Notes: a model not told the origin generated them from the letters alone. A stretch of DNA of 64,000 nt from Phallusia mammillata (GCA_965637545.1 OZ281498.1:2914001-2978000); one strand, 5' to 3'. Shown: positions 38,601-52,531, numbered from the stretch's first letter. Translations and numbers: made by a program.

Positions 38601-41600
38601 AAATCAGTCCTCTAATTTTAGTACACAGAGGTTACTCAATTACAAGTGCCCACTAAACCATATTGTGGCCCTTTGGCTTAGACCAGGCTCTGCAAGGTAT
38701 TGTAACCAACAAACATATAAAATAAAATAACCAAAACATTAAATATTTGGAATCGTACACATTTTTCAATGTACCTATGCATTTAATCAATGGATTCCCT
38801 GCAGTTCCCGGTGGACAATTGCACTGGGGTGATCCCTGTTCGTCTACACATTGAGCATCAGTGCCACAAGGATTAGGATCGCATGGGTCAGGATCTGAAA
38901 CAGTAAAATAACTCAATTGCTAAAATGAACACAACACGACTATCAACAGATTTTACATAAACACGTTTAGATTTTGTTTTGCAAACATAATAAAATGTTT
39001 TGTTTTTACAAACAATTCTAGGTGTCACTTTTATCTGCCTTTCGCTTTGGGAAAACACGTATCCAGTTATTATTCCTAAGTTACAGATGTTCGCTTGAGC
39101 AGGCAAGTTGATTGGAGTATTGATAAATAACTACAAATAAATAAATAAATCCGGTGTGATTAATAGATATATCAATAATGATGCGCTTTTACCTAAATGT
39201 TTGGGAAGAATACATGTAGATTTTCAGTTAATTTTAGCAATTCTTCATAAAACAACAAAGTAATGTAACTTGGTTTTACAACTATTGCTTTTTTCCCGAA
39301 TACGTAGCGGTTTGAAACTGTTCCACAAATCTACCTGAGCAACGGACGAACGAAACGCCAAATGTTCCGGTCGAACAAAGACATATAACTGTTCCCGATA
39401 TCTGTCTACAATCTGCATTAAGACCACATGGGCTTGGGTTGCATGGATCTAAAAACAAACATTTCTCTCGTTCCAATGGTTTTCGACTCGTTTTAGGCCA
39501 TATATAGCCTACCACACGTTATTAAAAAATAAATCGTGTCCATTGTTAAGTAGGAATAAAGAAAGTACCCACAACAAACATATTGACTTGAAGTATATTA
39601 TTTCAATATAGAATTCCGTCGAGTGATATCGACCAACTGACAGCTAACAATAAATGAACAATAACTTAGATTACTTTTATTGCACTCATCAGAAAAAGTT
39701 CAAGAAAAATGCCATGACATTTTCGTATTGATAAGTGTTGATATTCTTACAATACAACTTTTGTTGTTAAATACACCTAAAGCAATAGACACATTAACAT
39801 AGGGCCCCTAAAATCTGTAGCATCCATCATTTAATAACGTTTACAAAGCACTGTAAACTACAAAACTACCATCCATTGTAATCACGCAACGGTTTCTGTG
39901 CAACATATATATCATGTGTTTGGGCACATACACAAACTTCCGTGTATACTGACGACCACTGTAAGCAACATTTAAATTTGCATGCTGTGGCCACACCAGT
40001 TTATGTGCAACATATATAAGGGCTCTAGGCATACGCACTTCCTGAGTAAGGAGTCAAATCAAATTTGCAAGTCAATAGCTGGAAATAAGTAAAAAGTAAA
40101 CATAAATTCATAACTGGGATCAGCCCCAAATATTCATGCAGATCAACGATGATGACGTACTCATCAATAAAACCAAAAAGTAAGCTCGGTCTACTGAAGG
40201 CGTTGTAATATTCCCATGTGGGAAGGTGCAGGCTAGAAAATGGTAAGGTGCACCTTTTTGTGCTTCATAACGGTTTAACTTTGCGCAGCTATTTCCGGCT
40301 TGATGATTGTTTTGAGCAATTTTATTGGTATGTTGTCTTTTACCCAGCGAAACAAATTCAATTCCAGTCACAGAATATAGCCAAAGTGATAAGTTATTAT
40401 TACCTTGACAACGAACATACGGGTTACCGATGAGTCCATCTGGACATGAACACACCACCATTCCTGATGTATCACTGCATTCTGCATCAGTACCACAAGG
40501 GTTGGGATCGCATGTATTCTCAACAACAGCTGATAAAACAAATCATGAATAATATACAGTAAGATCATGAGCAATGTAATAGCCTTTTGTGCTTTTCTAA
40601 TGGTCTAGTACTGCACGGGACGTAAATATCATATCGGTTCGACACCAAAACTAACACATCAACACATGCAGAGAAATTAAACCCATCAAATACTTTAACA
40701 TCATTGCCTGAGGACTGAACATGTGCAAATCAACGGCACAACATGGGTACAGGTTAAATAACTATAAGAGGTCATTTCTGTAAAGACTAAAAATACCGTA
40801 CAACTTGCGTTAAAAAACTTTTTATACTTACCACAGACGACCTCAGTCGGGGGTATAAAACTCCCAAACAGACAGGTTTTGGTGACAGGTTTTTCCGAAC
40901 TGTTGGTTGATAAACATTTGAAATTGATCGTTTGACCTGAGTTGTAGCTAGATTGCAATGGAAAGTAGTATCCAAAATTGGGCCTCGCAGGTGGTTTGCA
41001 TCCAGGTGGTTTAACTGAACTCAAAAACAAAATAACGAAAATCAACAACACAATTAATCACCATCTACTGCAATCGTGATAATTGGAATTTAACTGTTAC
41101 GTAAAACGCGGTACCGTATTTATATCTAAAATACTTAAGAAACAGAGTTGACATAAAATGTGTTACACGAAAAAGTGACTTGTAAATATGGCCTTATTCT
41201 TCACCAGAAACTCTTTTAGCGGTTAGCGACTTGGGTAAGATTATTTAAAGTCGGCTCAAAAAAAGAATGCAAAACAACGGTACAGGCACAAGTTATTACG
41301 AATTACGCCATCGGTGGGGGTTTGTTCAGCGAGTCTTTTCCCCAATCGATCATATGTTTGAAGTATTGTTTTCTTTTTCACCATTGTCCTTTTCAAAACT
41401 TTTCGAAAACAAAGTGATCCTTCAACGGACTAGGAGTAAACAATTGTTTATCCGTTACAAAGAATTCGTAAGAAGGTACAACTATTGTGAAGTGACTAAT
41501 CACTTTAATAAATTAAATTAATGCTTTTGTTCTGACCTTTTCCTTAAACTTTAACGTAACGACTCCAATTTTTATGTGGCGCATTAAAAAGGTCAAATGA

Positions 41601-42421
41601 AAAAAAAGAAAAAAAGCACGGTACATATTTCGGTGCGAAAGACGCAGCCGTAGATTACTTGCTTATGGAACCAAATAACTGTATTTGGTAAACAAAGTAA
41701 ATTTTACTGAAAAAAATCAAACATTCGAGAATAGATTTTATTGCACACATTTAGAAGGTTTGCGTTTAAAGATGTCTTTGATGCGATAAGAAAAAATTAA
41801 GTTAATTTTTGTCCGTGGACAGAGCTTCGGTTTTCTATTGGGCACTTCGGTTTTCTATTGAACGTTTCAGCTTCGGTTTACTATTGAGCGTTTCCTCTGC
41901 AGATAACGGCGCTTGTTTGTGTGTGTGTTTTTAGCTTCAAGTTAACGAGGCTTTTACTCCTCCAGTTAAACTTGCCTTTCACTCCTTCATGTAAACATAC
42001 TTCCTCCACCACTCCACGAACACATGTAGCGTCTTTACCACGTGTTTACCTACTATCCAATACTGCAGCAAAACTATGCAAGCTACTTAGCCCAGGGCAA
42101 GAGCGAGTTCGCAAACTCAATTTAAAAGTTTTGGAAGCATAATTCGTAATATTTTGATATCTTTGGTGAGTAATAGCTTTGATATGGACTTAAAGGCGGC
42201 TTCCAAGATGATAAAAGTGAGAAGTTAAAAAATTAAAAGATAGTGTGAGAAAACACAAAACAAACACAAAAAAACATTTTTTTTTAAATCAGCAAATGTT
42301 TGTAAAATTTTATTTTGAAACTTAACTTACATGGGTAACCTGGAGGAAATGGAAAACCTCCAGCCAAATTGACGTCCGTTGACACAAAGACGAGAGAACA
42401 CAAAACCAATAAAGTCTTCAT
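29623..42421 (-). CDS. Sushi/EGF family gene 3: secreted, about 775 aa, signal peptide + 1 CCP + 17 EGF (1 Ca-binding). Exons: 42331-42421, 40832-41014, 40404-40529, 39335-39448, 38775-38894, 38126-38248, 36747-36866, 36321-36440, 35391-35507, 34828-34950, 34636-34752, 34229-34348, 33618-33737, 33093-33212, 32523-32642, 31410-31529, 30510-30626, 29964-30086, 29775-29891, 29623-29639
   Basis: Signal peptide [20 protein letters not shown]. Every internal exon is AG/GT-bounded, phase 1-1, a multiple of 3 and stop-free, and encodes one domain such as [37 protein letters not shown]. Ends VLTGR*. That all exons are joined in one transcript is inferred. Confidence 0.75.
29640..36950. repeat. Internal segmental duplication in gene 3: about 29640-32700 duplicated at about 34500-36950 (five EGF exons, introns and a MITE)
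   Basis: Near-identical exon and intron pairs, e.g. 30510-30626 vs 35391-35507 (same peptide), at an offset of about 4.9 kb that drops to about 4.2 kb after an indel near 31760-32450. Confidence 0.9.
30861..31348. mobile_element. hAT/Buster-type MITE (duplicated at 35769-36259)
   Basis: TIRs CAGTGGTTTTCAA...TTGAAAACTATTG; 8-bp TSD TTTTAGTT on both sides in both copies. Confidence 0.85.
37230..37660 (+). mobile_element. Decayed 3' end of a non-LTR retrotransposon ORF2 (C-terminal Cys/His region, Ingi/Vingi-like), antisense in a gene 3 intron
   Basis: Translation from 37406: [60 protein letters not shown], matching the PGFD..W..NR.R....L..WG....C.CG..Q...H....CP pattern. Confidence 0.6.
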
Positions 42422-43436
42422 TTTGGTTCAGGTTGCCTTGCTTAAAGCTGAATATGAAATTAACCTTTCACTAGCAGTCTAATAAACCATCCTGTCGCTT
42501 GAGACAAACAGCCAGCGGCTAAATGTGAATTTTCATCTTTTTATCAGAGAAGATTTGTTTTTCTCTTTAGTGCGCATGCGTGCGATTGTAATTAGTGTAC
42601 GGAAAGAGAAAGATTTTATCAAGGAACAACAACACATCAATTGTAAAAAGTGCGCATTGAAAATCTTGAAGACATGACTTATCCACAAAACCAAGTCAAA
42701 AAATAATCTCTCATAAACCAGTTTTATAACTGCAATGTCATGTTGCTTATGTGACGTCATAAGCCGAATGAACTTTTCTTTTGATAAAAGCTCTCTGGCC
42801 ATTTTGATTCAAACTAATGATGCACCAAGGTTTCGGTTGGCCAAAACAGGTTTCGGGCCGAACTTTTTTGAAATAATAAACTTTTATTTTCCTAATACGA
42901 AACATCATAAATTGACTAATTGCTGTGTCTATAAAATACAAGCTAACATATTGTCTGCAAAATATTACAAGTTTTGTAAAGCTTCTGCATTGTGAAAGTG
43001 ATTTTGGTTTGTCACAATTAAGTTCACTCGCATCAACAACACAAGGTTCAGTTGAAAACATCCATAGAAACGGGGATTTTAGGCTTATGCCCGAATATTA
43101 GGTTTCGGCCCGAACATTTTAGGCGGGTTCGATGCATTAATAATTCAAACCACAATCCACTTAAAAATGTAAAAAAGCAAACGTCGTTTTCCGTCACTAT
43201 TTCCAGTAATATTATTTAATTCGAACCCACACACACCATCAAGTTTTTCTGTAAAACACCTTAAAAAATATGTAGCCCCGCCAAACAAATTGGCACTGAT
43301 TAAAAATGTGTTTTTTCTTTCGAAATGCGATATCGCTGCGACGGAATAGAAAATACCAGTAAGTTGAAATATCATTCAATGCAAGTTTTATTGTTGCAGA
43401 CACAATCGGATAAAATCTCCCATTCCAACTTTCCAA

Positions 43437-46400
43437 TCAAAGACCCGGAAAAGCTAAAAAGAAAACAAAAAAGATTAATACTCGACCTTTAGTGTTTCTT
43501 ATCAAATCTGTCACTTTATTAGTAAGCATCCTATGACAACGATCACTGATTAAATGTGTTTTTTCATTAGTATTATTACAGAAGCAGCAGTGGATTTCGA
43601 AATCAAAAAAGTATATCTCGTTTATAAGTCAGTTGTGTTATCCCATTCTGATTTTGAAGCGTAGCTTCTTCGGCAATAATATTGCTGAAAGGTTAATGAA
43701 GGTCCAAAAAGTTACTTGTCACTTTTGTCGATTTAAACGCTTCTGTGCTGCGAGATTGCTGTTCTCGCGATTTGGATAAAAAAAATAACAAGCAAATCAG
43801 ACAAGAAAATAAAACGAAAGTGTTTGAGCTAAATTCGAGGGTCAATATGCTTTGTCTTGGTGCTATAGTTACCTATGCATTTGACAACGGGAAGTCCAAT
43901 TGTTCCAGGCGGGCAAGTGCACAGTGGGGATTCCTCTTCTATAGTGCACACGGCATTAATTCCGCAAGGAGAGGGACTGCACACGCTAATAGCTAGAACA
44001 AACATTGACACACTCTAGTCAAAGTCTCAGCTGACCAGTTTAAACAAATATTTGAATACAAGGCAAGTTCAAACTTTCATTTCAAGCTTTTATATTATTA
44101 ATTTATCCCTAGCGATGTCATTGATGAATATCACAAAACTGACTATAATGGCAAATCAGGTCCTGACCACCATTGAAGCTGACATGCGCAGATTACAGCG
44201 CAGCCAACGGTGGTTGTGACTTGACTTTCGACGGGTACTCCACTGGGTCTGGGTAGCTCAATTGGTACAGCACGGGTCCCGAAACGACTCCGGCAATAAC
44301 CTAAGTTATTTTGGCAATAACCTAAGTTTACTCCGGCAATAACCTAAGTTTACATTCAAACTACCTGCGCAACTCTGCCATGGAAGCCCTTCAGTTCCAG
44401 GTGGACAAGTACAAGTAGCAGTATCTTGATCGGATGTGCACACTGCACCAAGGCCACACGGACTAGGTATACATGGATTAGTTGCTGGAAGTACACGGTG
44501 TCACATAAGTTAGGTTATTTTGTTACACGCCTTTACAGTCCGGTGCAGACCTGTATTTATCAGTTGTTGCAACATTTGTTAAAACAGTTAAATCATCACA
44601 TAAAATCCGGCTGGTAAAACACACACATTTTTTACAAGGTATCAACCCGGGTTACGACATATAACACTTGGGCGCCGTAACGGGCATGTGTGACTTTATG
44701 ATTTACTCACTACATTCCTTTCTTTGAATACAAAACAAACAAAACGTTTTTGCGTTTTTGCACCAATTATGAGAATGTTGTTGTTGTTAAAAATGATAAT
44801 TACATGCACAACTTTCCGATGGATTGCCTGCAGTTCCAGGTGGACAAAAGCAGATAGGTGAACCTCGGGCGTTTAAGCACACTGCGCCGGTGCCACATCG
44901 ATATAAGACGCACGGGTTACCTGGAAAACACATTTTTATGTTCATTGCTCACAAAAAGCAGATTTGAAAATTAGGTCAGGCTGTACGAGCCGGTTCGGGC
45001 CATTACTTTGAATAAAACGGGTTGATTCGGGCCTGACTTATTTCATACTAGATGTATAGAATACAAAACCCTTTGGTTCTGATTCCACGTCCCAGCTAGC
45101 TTTCTAACTGGCCACTGTGTGGGTTACTTGCACCGCCAAATGCTGTCTGTCACACTGATGAGTTGCAACAATAAAATGAAGTCTTATTCCAATACCGAGT
45201 ACCACAGTACAACGAAACTGGACAGTTCAGAACAGTACAGATTAGTACAAATCAGAATAGGACAAAACAGAACAGTTGATGACAGATGACAGATTTCGGC
45301 GTTAGCAGCTCCCACACAGATTTACATTTCTTAGTGTCTTATTCAACTAGAAATACAAAATAGAGAGTTTAGTTAAGCTACTAACACGAGAGAGAGATAA
45401 AAAGTATACACGACTAGCATGGTCAAATTATCACACACATTTAAATTATCCATACATCAACTAGTACACTCTAATCCACGGTAGTTACCTTACACACAAC
45501 TATTTTTACAAGAATAAACCCTATACAATACTAATTAACAGTCCTATGCACTACAAAACTGACACAAAAAAGAATTACGCAATAACTGTAAGCTGCCTTG
45601 TGTAAAACGCATGGTAAACGACACAAGACACGACAATCACCACGCCACAACTAATAGGAAATCGATATTGACACGCTTCACTGCATTTTGACCACAACAC
45701 TAGATCACATTTGTATGAAAAGTTTACAATGATAAATCCAATGTTTGTGCTTGTTTCAAATAATTTGCGTCAGATTCGCGCCGGGTTTCTTTCGAGTTGA
45801 GACCCCAATTTCAGGCTCACTTACAACCCTACCCAAGCCAATTTTCGTATTGTTTCAGAAAACATGTTTTACCAGACACAGTCTTGTTTAATCCCAGATC
45901 AACGTTTACAATTTTAAGTCCATCTGCTTCACTTCATTTTGATGCATTCGGAGAAAATAATGTGTCATGGCGCAAAGGCCAATCAAATTTAATTAATCCT
46001 ATTTTTTTGTAATTGGTCATGAAAGGGGCCATGGCAGAAATATGTTTTTTCGATAAAACACTTCCTAGATTGACGTATAAACCCAATAGGAAGCTCTGGG
46101 ACCTAAAAAGGGGGCTTGGTGGGCTGTGTCCGACCCACGGACCGTAATTTGAAAAACCAACTGATACACAAACACATATTACGTTTAACATACACTTGTC
46201 AAATTTGATTTCGTGGTGTAACAATCTATTTTCCTTTTCGGTCATTTAAGTGTGTGTAAATGAATTTATTTGTGTCAAACATTTTTGTCGGGGTTAAGTT
46301 TGCAGTGTAAAATGTTGCAGCCTATAGCGTATCTTCGGAACGAGTTTTGAAAAATGCCATATACTTTAGTGTTTATAAGTATTGATATTCTTACAATACA

Positions 46401-49400
46401 ACTTTTGATAATAAATACATCTAAAGCAATAGACACATTAACATAGGGCCCCAAAAAATTGTAGCATCTGTCTTTTAATAACGTTGCAAACTTGGCGAAC
46501 TACTAAATTATCATTCATCGTAATCACGGTTTGTGCGCAACATATATCTCCCTATACTGACGACCACAGTAAGCAACATTTAAATGTGCATGCTGTAGCC
46601 ACACACCAGTTTTTTTTGCAACATATACTTCATGTGTCTAGGGCTCTAGGCATACACACTTTCTGAGTAAGGATTCAAACTTCCGACCAGATTTAGATTT
46701 TTATCACACTGCTACAGACCAACGTCAGTATGCTTACAAATGCAGTCAATATTGTACCCACATATTTGAGCCGTAAAACAGACATCTTTGCAAATAGCAA
46801 ATCAAAAACTTTTGAACCTAATTGTTTCTTATTTTTCCTAAGATGCATTGTAAAGCTGTTTTTTTGTCACCAATACTCAATCTGAAGGAGTCTGTTACAA
46901 ACTATAAAATATCCACCTTCACAAATAAGCTTGCTTCCGTGCCATTGTCCATCGCTTCCACATTCATACCTTGGGATACCATATTTTACGTAGTCATGAT
47001 TATAAGTATAATTGCATCTCATTGTCAAAACGTATCCGGGTTCGTATGAGTTCATGCTGGTTGAAATTTGGCCATTAGCTGGTGGTGTAGGCGGTGGGCA
47101 TGTGATCTCTGCAAAACAAAATTATATATATAATCCAACTGCATAGTGTTACCGGATTAAAGTAAAGGAATCCATTCGATTAGCCAGAGTCGAATGCTCT
47201 TTTTCGGCGGTTTTATATTTGTGTGACTTTGTGTTTTTGGAGCACACCTCTAACGCCTATTAATAAGCGACGCAAGAGTAGGAAACGAATAGAAAAGACA
47301 GGTTCTTTGAACCAGAATTTAACTTACGGTCACATTGTGTTCCATCACCAGTGTATCCAGATATACAAGTACAAGTGAAACTGCCTGTGGTATTCTGACA
47401 AGTTGCATCTGCATGGCAGTTGTGAGCTCCAGCAGCGCACTCGTCAACATCAATATGAATATCTGGAAGCAAATATGTTTATGATCTGGTTTGCCACATA
47501 CTTAAATATTGGAAGAAACCTGACTATTGATGTGTGAGTTTCAAAAATTAGGTACAGTACTGTACTAAACTGCAACGATTTTATACATGTAAATTGCAAT
47601 TTAGATCAATTATAACCCCAATTGTCCCGACTGTTTCTGCATAGTGGCGACACAACGGCCATGTTCACCATTTGTGGCAAGGCACAGGCTGGCAGAATCG
47701 AGCTCGCGGGATTTGGGAGATTTGAATCCATCACAGAAGCAATGTAAAAACTTTTTTGTGCTTTATTTACCTGTGCAACTAACCAATGGATTTCCTGTGG
47801 TTCCAGAAGGACAAGTGCATACAGGAGATCTCTGACCGGCAGTACATTCAGCATTAGTACCACAAGGACTCGGGTCGCAGGGGTCAGTAGCTGAAAATAA
47901 ATCATTCCCAAGTAAGTAACTAGAAATGTGGCTTTATGTCTATTCCCATTATATATATTCTAAGTTCTATTTACTAACTTAATATAGAACCATTTGACCT
48001 TCAATCATGATTATTTCTGCTTGCAAAAACGGAATAACTTCTCGCACACGTGTTGATGCGAACTAAATGCGGTAAAAATTGTGCGATTATATTTATATTC
48101 TTCAGAATGAATTAATAAAAAGCATCAACTCAAACTTAATGGTTTTGTCCATATCATAGGTTTGTCAAAACGACAGATTCCAGCCCCCTGATTGGCTGAT
48201 ACCTGAATCCAATCACAGCTATTAAATTGTTGTTAATGCGTACGCATTCTGTTTTCATCAGGCATATGCGAATCCACCTGTATGAGTGCATTTCTATATT
48301 TCAATGTCTTTAACGTACTATAATACATTTTTTATGTTGTTTTTTCTGGGCCAAAGCATATTTCTTAACCGACGGAGAGCGAAGACCCTGATTCCCCTTC
48401 CTTTTTTCTCCATATGGATAGAAACCATTGTGGTATTTTGTCCGCGTATTTATGTTTTGTCATCATTTCCCTCACTTGTTTTGCTGGTGCAATGGAAAAG
48501 ATTGTTGCTTTAAACCAGGGGTGGGCAAACTACGGCCCGCGGGCCGCATGCGGCCCGGCAAAGGAGTTTGTGCGGCCCGCCAAATGTTCGCAAACTTTGA
48601 AGAGAAAGTGACCAAGCAACGCTGAATAGAATTATAATCACAGTCGTAGAGTTTTAAAAATACCGGGGATGCGACTTGCCTAAACGCAGATACTTTTTAT
48701 GTGCTTTAGCCGGTTGTTTCTGCCACGTTATTATGCAAATCGTCACTTGACACAATTTCTTTGTTCGATAAAGTAAAAGCGGTTTACGTTTTCAAATACA
48801 GCCCACTTTGTAATGTTGACGCCAAAACTTTGGTCACTTTGGATCAAGTTTAGGTCGTTGCAGTTCTTTGCAAACGAACATTAAACACGGCTATTAAAAG
48901 TGGCTCGCATTGTTTAATGTTAGCGCAAGGAATTTATTAACAAAAAAACGTGGTGTAGCCTATGTTGAAACAAATGCTTGTTTATTTTTGAAAACAATTA
49001 CAATTGTAGCGTTTCAACCAATGTGTGTACAATCATTAAAGTGACAACAAACGTATTTGCACATAGCTGAAAATATGCTATGTTAATATTTTGGGCTAAA
49101 TCAGGGGTACACAACGTGCGGCCGTAAGGCGACATGCGGCCGCGGAGACAAGTTTGTGCGGTCGTGGCCATGTATGTTAAAATACATGTACTGGCGGCCG
49201 TGACCTAACTAAAACTATTTTGCCTAATATTTTGATTTTCAAACAGCTAAAAACAGCTTTCGTGAGACTGGAAAAAAAGATTACCAGCCTAGTGACCATA
49301 TACGCCAGGCTTTTTATCCGCTTATTGTGTGCAAACAATGCGAAAGAACAGGCACCGCAATCGTCACAATACAGTTTATGACGTCATAAACAGTTAGCTC

Positions 49401-51302
49401 CGTTCAGCCAAACTAATGCACCAAGTTAGAAATTATTAATCTGGGCATTTTAGGCGACTTAAAATGATATATATATATGTGAAAAAAACAAAAAAAACAA
49501 GTAAGCAATTGGCGTCCGTTGGTGAAATACTATGCGGCCCGATAAGATTAAAAACCTTTGAATGCGGCCCTTGCACTGAAAAGTTTGCCCACCCCTGCTT
49601 TAAACTGTCACCTGTGCAACGAATCGAAGGATCTCCCTCGTATCCAGTTGGACAAGAACAATCAGCTCGATCCAAAACAGTGCGACAATCAGCATCAATC
49701 CCACATGGACTAGGAATGCACAAGTCAATAGCTGGAAATAAGTAAAAACAAAACATAAATTCATAACTGGGATCAGCGCCCTATATTCATACAGACCAAC
49801 CATCATGGCATACTCATAAATAAACCCAAAAAGTAAGCTCGGTGTACAGAAGACGTTATACCGAACCTGACGATTAATATTCCCATATGGTAAGGTGCAG
49901 GCTAGAAAATGGCAACGTGCACCTTTTTGCGCTTCATAACGATTTAATGTTGCGCAGCTATTTCGGGCTTGATGATCGTTTTAAGCTATTTTGTTGCTAT
50001 GTTTTCTTTCACCCAGCGAGATAAACTCAATTCCAGTCACAGAATATAACTTAATAACATTGACAAAGAGTTCGGTTAATTTTACCTTGGCAACGAGCAT
50101 ACGGGTTACCAGTATATCCAACTAGGCAGGAACACACCACCATTCCTGATGTAGTACTGCATTCTGCACCAGTACCACAAGGGCTAGGGTCGCATGTATT
50201 CTCAGCAAAAGCTGGTAACAAATTATGGGTAATTAAAGATCATAAGCAATGTAATAGCCTCTTGTGCTTTTCTAAAGGTCTAGTACTGTCAGACACGGGT
50301 CAGACACTAAAACGATTTGCAAAAATTTTAAATATCATATCGGTTCGACACCAAAACCAACACATGAAGAGAAATTAAGCCCATCAAATACTTTAACATA
50401 AATGCCTAAGGCGCAATAATGTGCAGAAGAAGGAGGCTGAACATGTGCAAATCGGCAACTTACAAAATAGGTTTTTCTGCATAGACTAACAATACCATAA
50501 TACTTGCGTTAAACACCTTCTTATACTTACCACAGTCGACCTCAGTCGGGGGTACAAACCTTCCAAACATACAGGTTTTGGTGACAGGTTTTCCCAAATT
50601 GTTGTTTGATAAACATTTGAAATAGATAGTTTGAGTTAAGTTGTAGCTAGATTGCAATGGAAAGTAGTATCCAAAATTGGGTCTCGCAGGTGGTTTGCAT
50701 CGCAGGTGGTTGCCAGGTGGTATAACTAAAATCAAAAACAAAATCAACGAGAGACAACAACAACAAAAGTAATCACAACCCACTGCAATTGTCATGATTG
50801 GAATTAAGTTTGTACGTTGTTATATCTAAAATACTTATTAAACAGAGTTAAGATTAAAGGTAAATTTGGTCTGATTCTTTCCCAGAAACTCACCTAGCGG
50901 TTAGAGACTTGGATAAGAGTGAAAATGTTTGCTTCCTACTCCTGCAGTTAAACATGCCTTAATTCTAAGCTACTTAGCCCAGGGCAATAAGAGTGAGTTC
51001 GCAAATTCAATTTATGTGCTGGAAGCATAATTCGTAATATTTTGATATCTTCGGTGAGTAAGAGTTTTCATATGGACTTATAGGCGGCTTGCAAGATGAT
51101 AAAAGTGAGAAGTTAAAAAATTAAACGATAGTGTGAGAAAACACAAAACAAACGCATTGTTTTAAAAGTCAGCAAATTATTGCAAAATTTTATTTTTGAA
51201 ACTTAACTTACATGGGTAACCTGGAGGAAACGGAAACCCTCCAGCCAAATTGACGTCCATTGACACAAAGACGAGAGAACACAAAACCAATAAAGTCTTC
51301 AT
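43437..51302 (-). CDS. Sushi/EGF family gene 2: secreted, about 450 aa, signal peptide + CCP + 3 EGF + cbEGF + CCP + 3 EGF. Exons: 51212-51302, 50531-50725, 50086-50211, 49612-49731, 47771-47890, 47328-47462, 46917-47108, 44804-44920, 44365-44484, 43873-43992, 43437-43453
   Basis: Signal peptide [20 protein letters not shown]. Phase 1-1 exons with canonical splice sites. cbEGF consensus DVDEC...[10 protein letters not shown]. Ends AFPGL*. Confidence 0.82.
48516..49597. mobile_element. hAT/Buster-type non-autonomous element containing a second internal hAT-like end at about 49102
   Basis: TIRs CAGGGGTGGGCAAAC...GTTTGCCCACCCCTG; perfect 8-bp TSD CTTTAAAC (48508-48515, 49598-49605). Confidence 0.85.
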
Positions 51303-52531
51303 TTTCGTTCAGGCTGCCTTGCTAAAAGCTGAATATGTTATCAACCTCCCACTAGCAGTCTAATAAACCATCCTGTCGCTTGAGTCAAACAGCCAGCGGC
51401 TAAATGTGAATTTTCATCTTTTTTCAGACAAGATGTTTTTCTCTAAAGTGCACATGCGTGTCAACTGTAACTTGGTTTTGAAAGAAATGAAGGAGATCAA
51501 TGTGTTTGATATAAAAGGTTTGGCCATATATTAGCATTTGGTGCGTTGCTCGACAAACTAACTGGTTGTTTAGAACTTTAGCTGAAGAATTCGCTTTATA
51601 TCCCCCAAAGAAGCGCTATTGTTCTGATGGATGAAACGTCAGCATAATTACAAAGTTTCTTGCAAAACCAACGAATGATGACTTCGGCATGCAACCTGGT
51701 AGACGAAGCATTTGTTTTATAAATTTGTAACCTGGAATGGAATGCTTAGTAAAGACATGGCAAAAATTCAAACAATGGTTGCGATATGATCAAACTGTGC
51801 GAACCCGATAAACCACGCAAAGCTGGCCTTACAGACAAACTTCTTACAACTCATCAGTCATCGTAATAAAAAAGATCCATGAAGTTGTATTCCAATTAGT
51901 TTCAAGTGTGTTTTGTGTTAAGCTTCTACTATGTATTTTTATTTATTTATTTATTTATTGCGACGCTTTGTGTAATATTGTGTGTAAATTTGTGTGCAAA
52001 TACATCAAATGATTATTCAAGCATCTTATTTGTAATTTCATTTAACATTTTTATGTGAGAATTCTTGATTACGATAGCATTTAATTACTTGGCGCCAGGG
52101 ATTTGATACGGTTTGCATATAACCTATTAACATCTGAGCCGTTCTCCGTGAAATTTGCCGCGCAGTTTCTTGAAATTTGCAACAAAACGAGCGATAGAAA
52201 AAGAAAAACCATACAAATGTCATTTTACATTTGGTTTATTTCAAACTAACGTTGTTTAATTCAAACCCACACACATTTATGTTTTCTGAAGAAGACTTAA
52301 AAAATAAGTTGCAACCAGCCAAGAAATGTTTACTGATGTCTTTTCGAAATACAATAACGCTCAGAAAAAAGAGAAAACATTAACTATAAATATCCCTTTC
52401 GTTCTAAAATGCAAATCAGTGCAACTTGTTGTGCAACACCAAACATGTAAAATTATCTATCAGTCAAAGTTGGGTTTGTAGTTGGAAACATGCAGCGGAT
52501 GAAATTTCCTATATCCCAACTCCATTTTCAA

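Noticed and set aside
45148-45240. CTGATGA-GTTG…CAAC-GAAA-CTGGACAGTT hammerhead-like motif; the surrounding 45130-45720 also looks LTR-like on the minus strand
   Set aside because: Stem I does not pair next to the putative cleavage site; no second LTR, TSD or identifiable PBS found.
51575-51645. CTGAAGA…GAAACGTC motif
   Set aside because: No stem II or stem I can be formed around the core.
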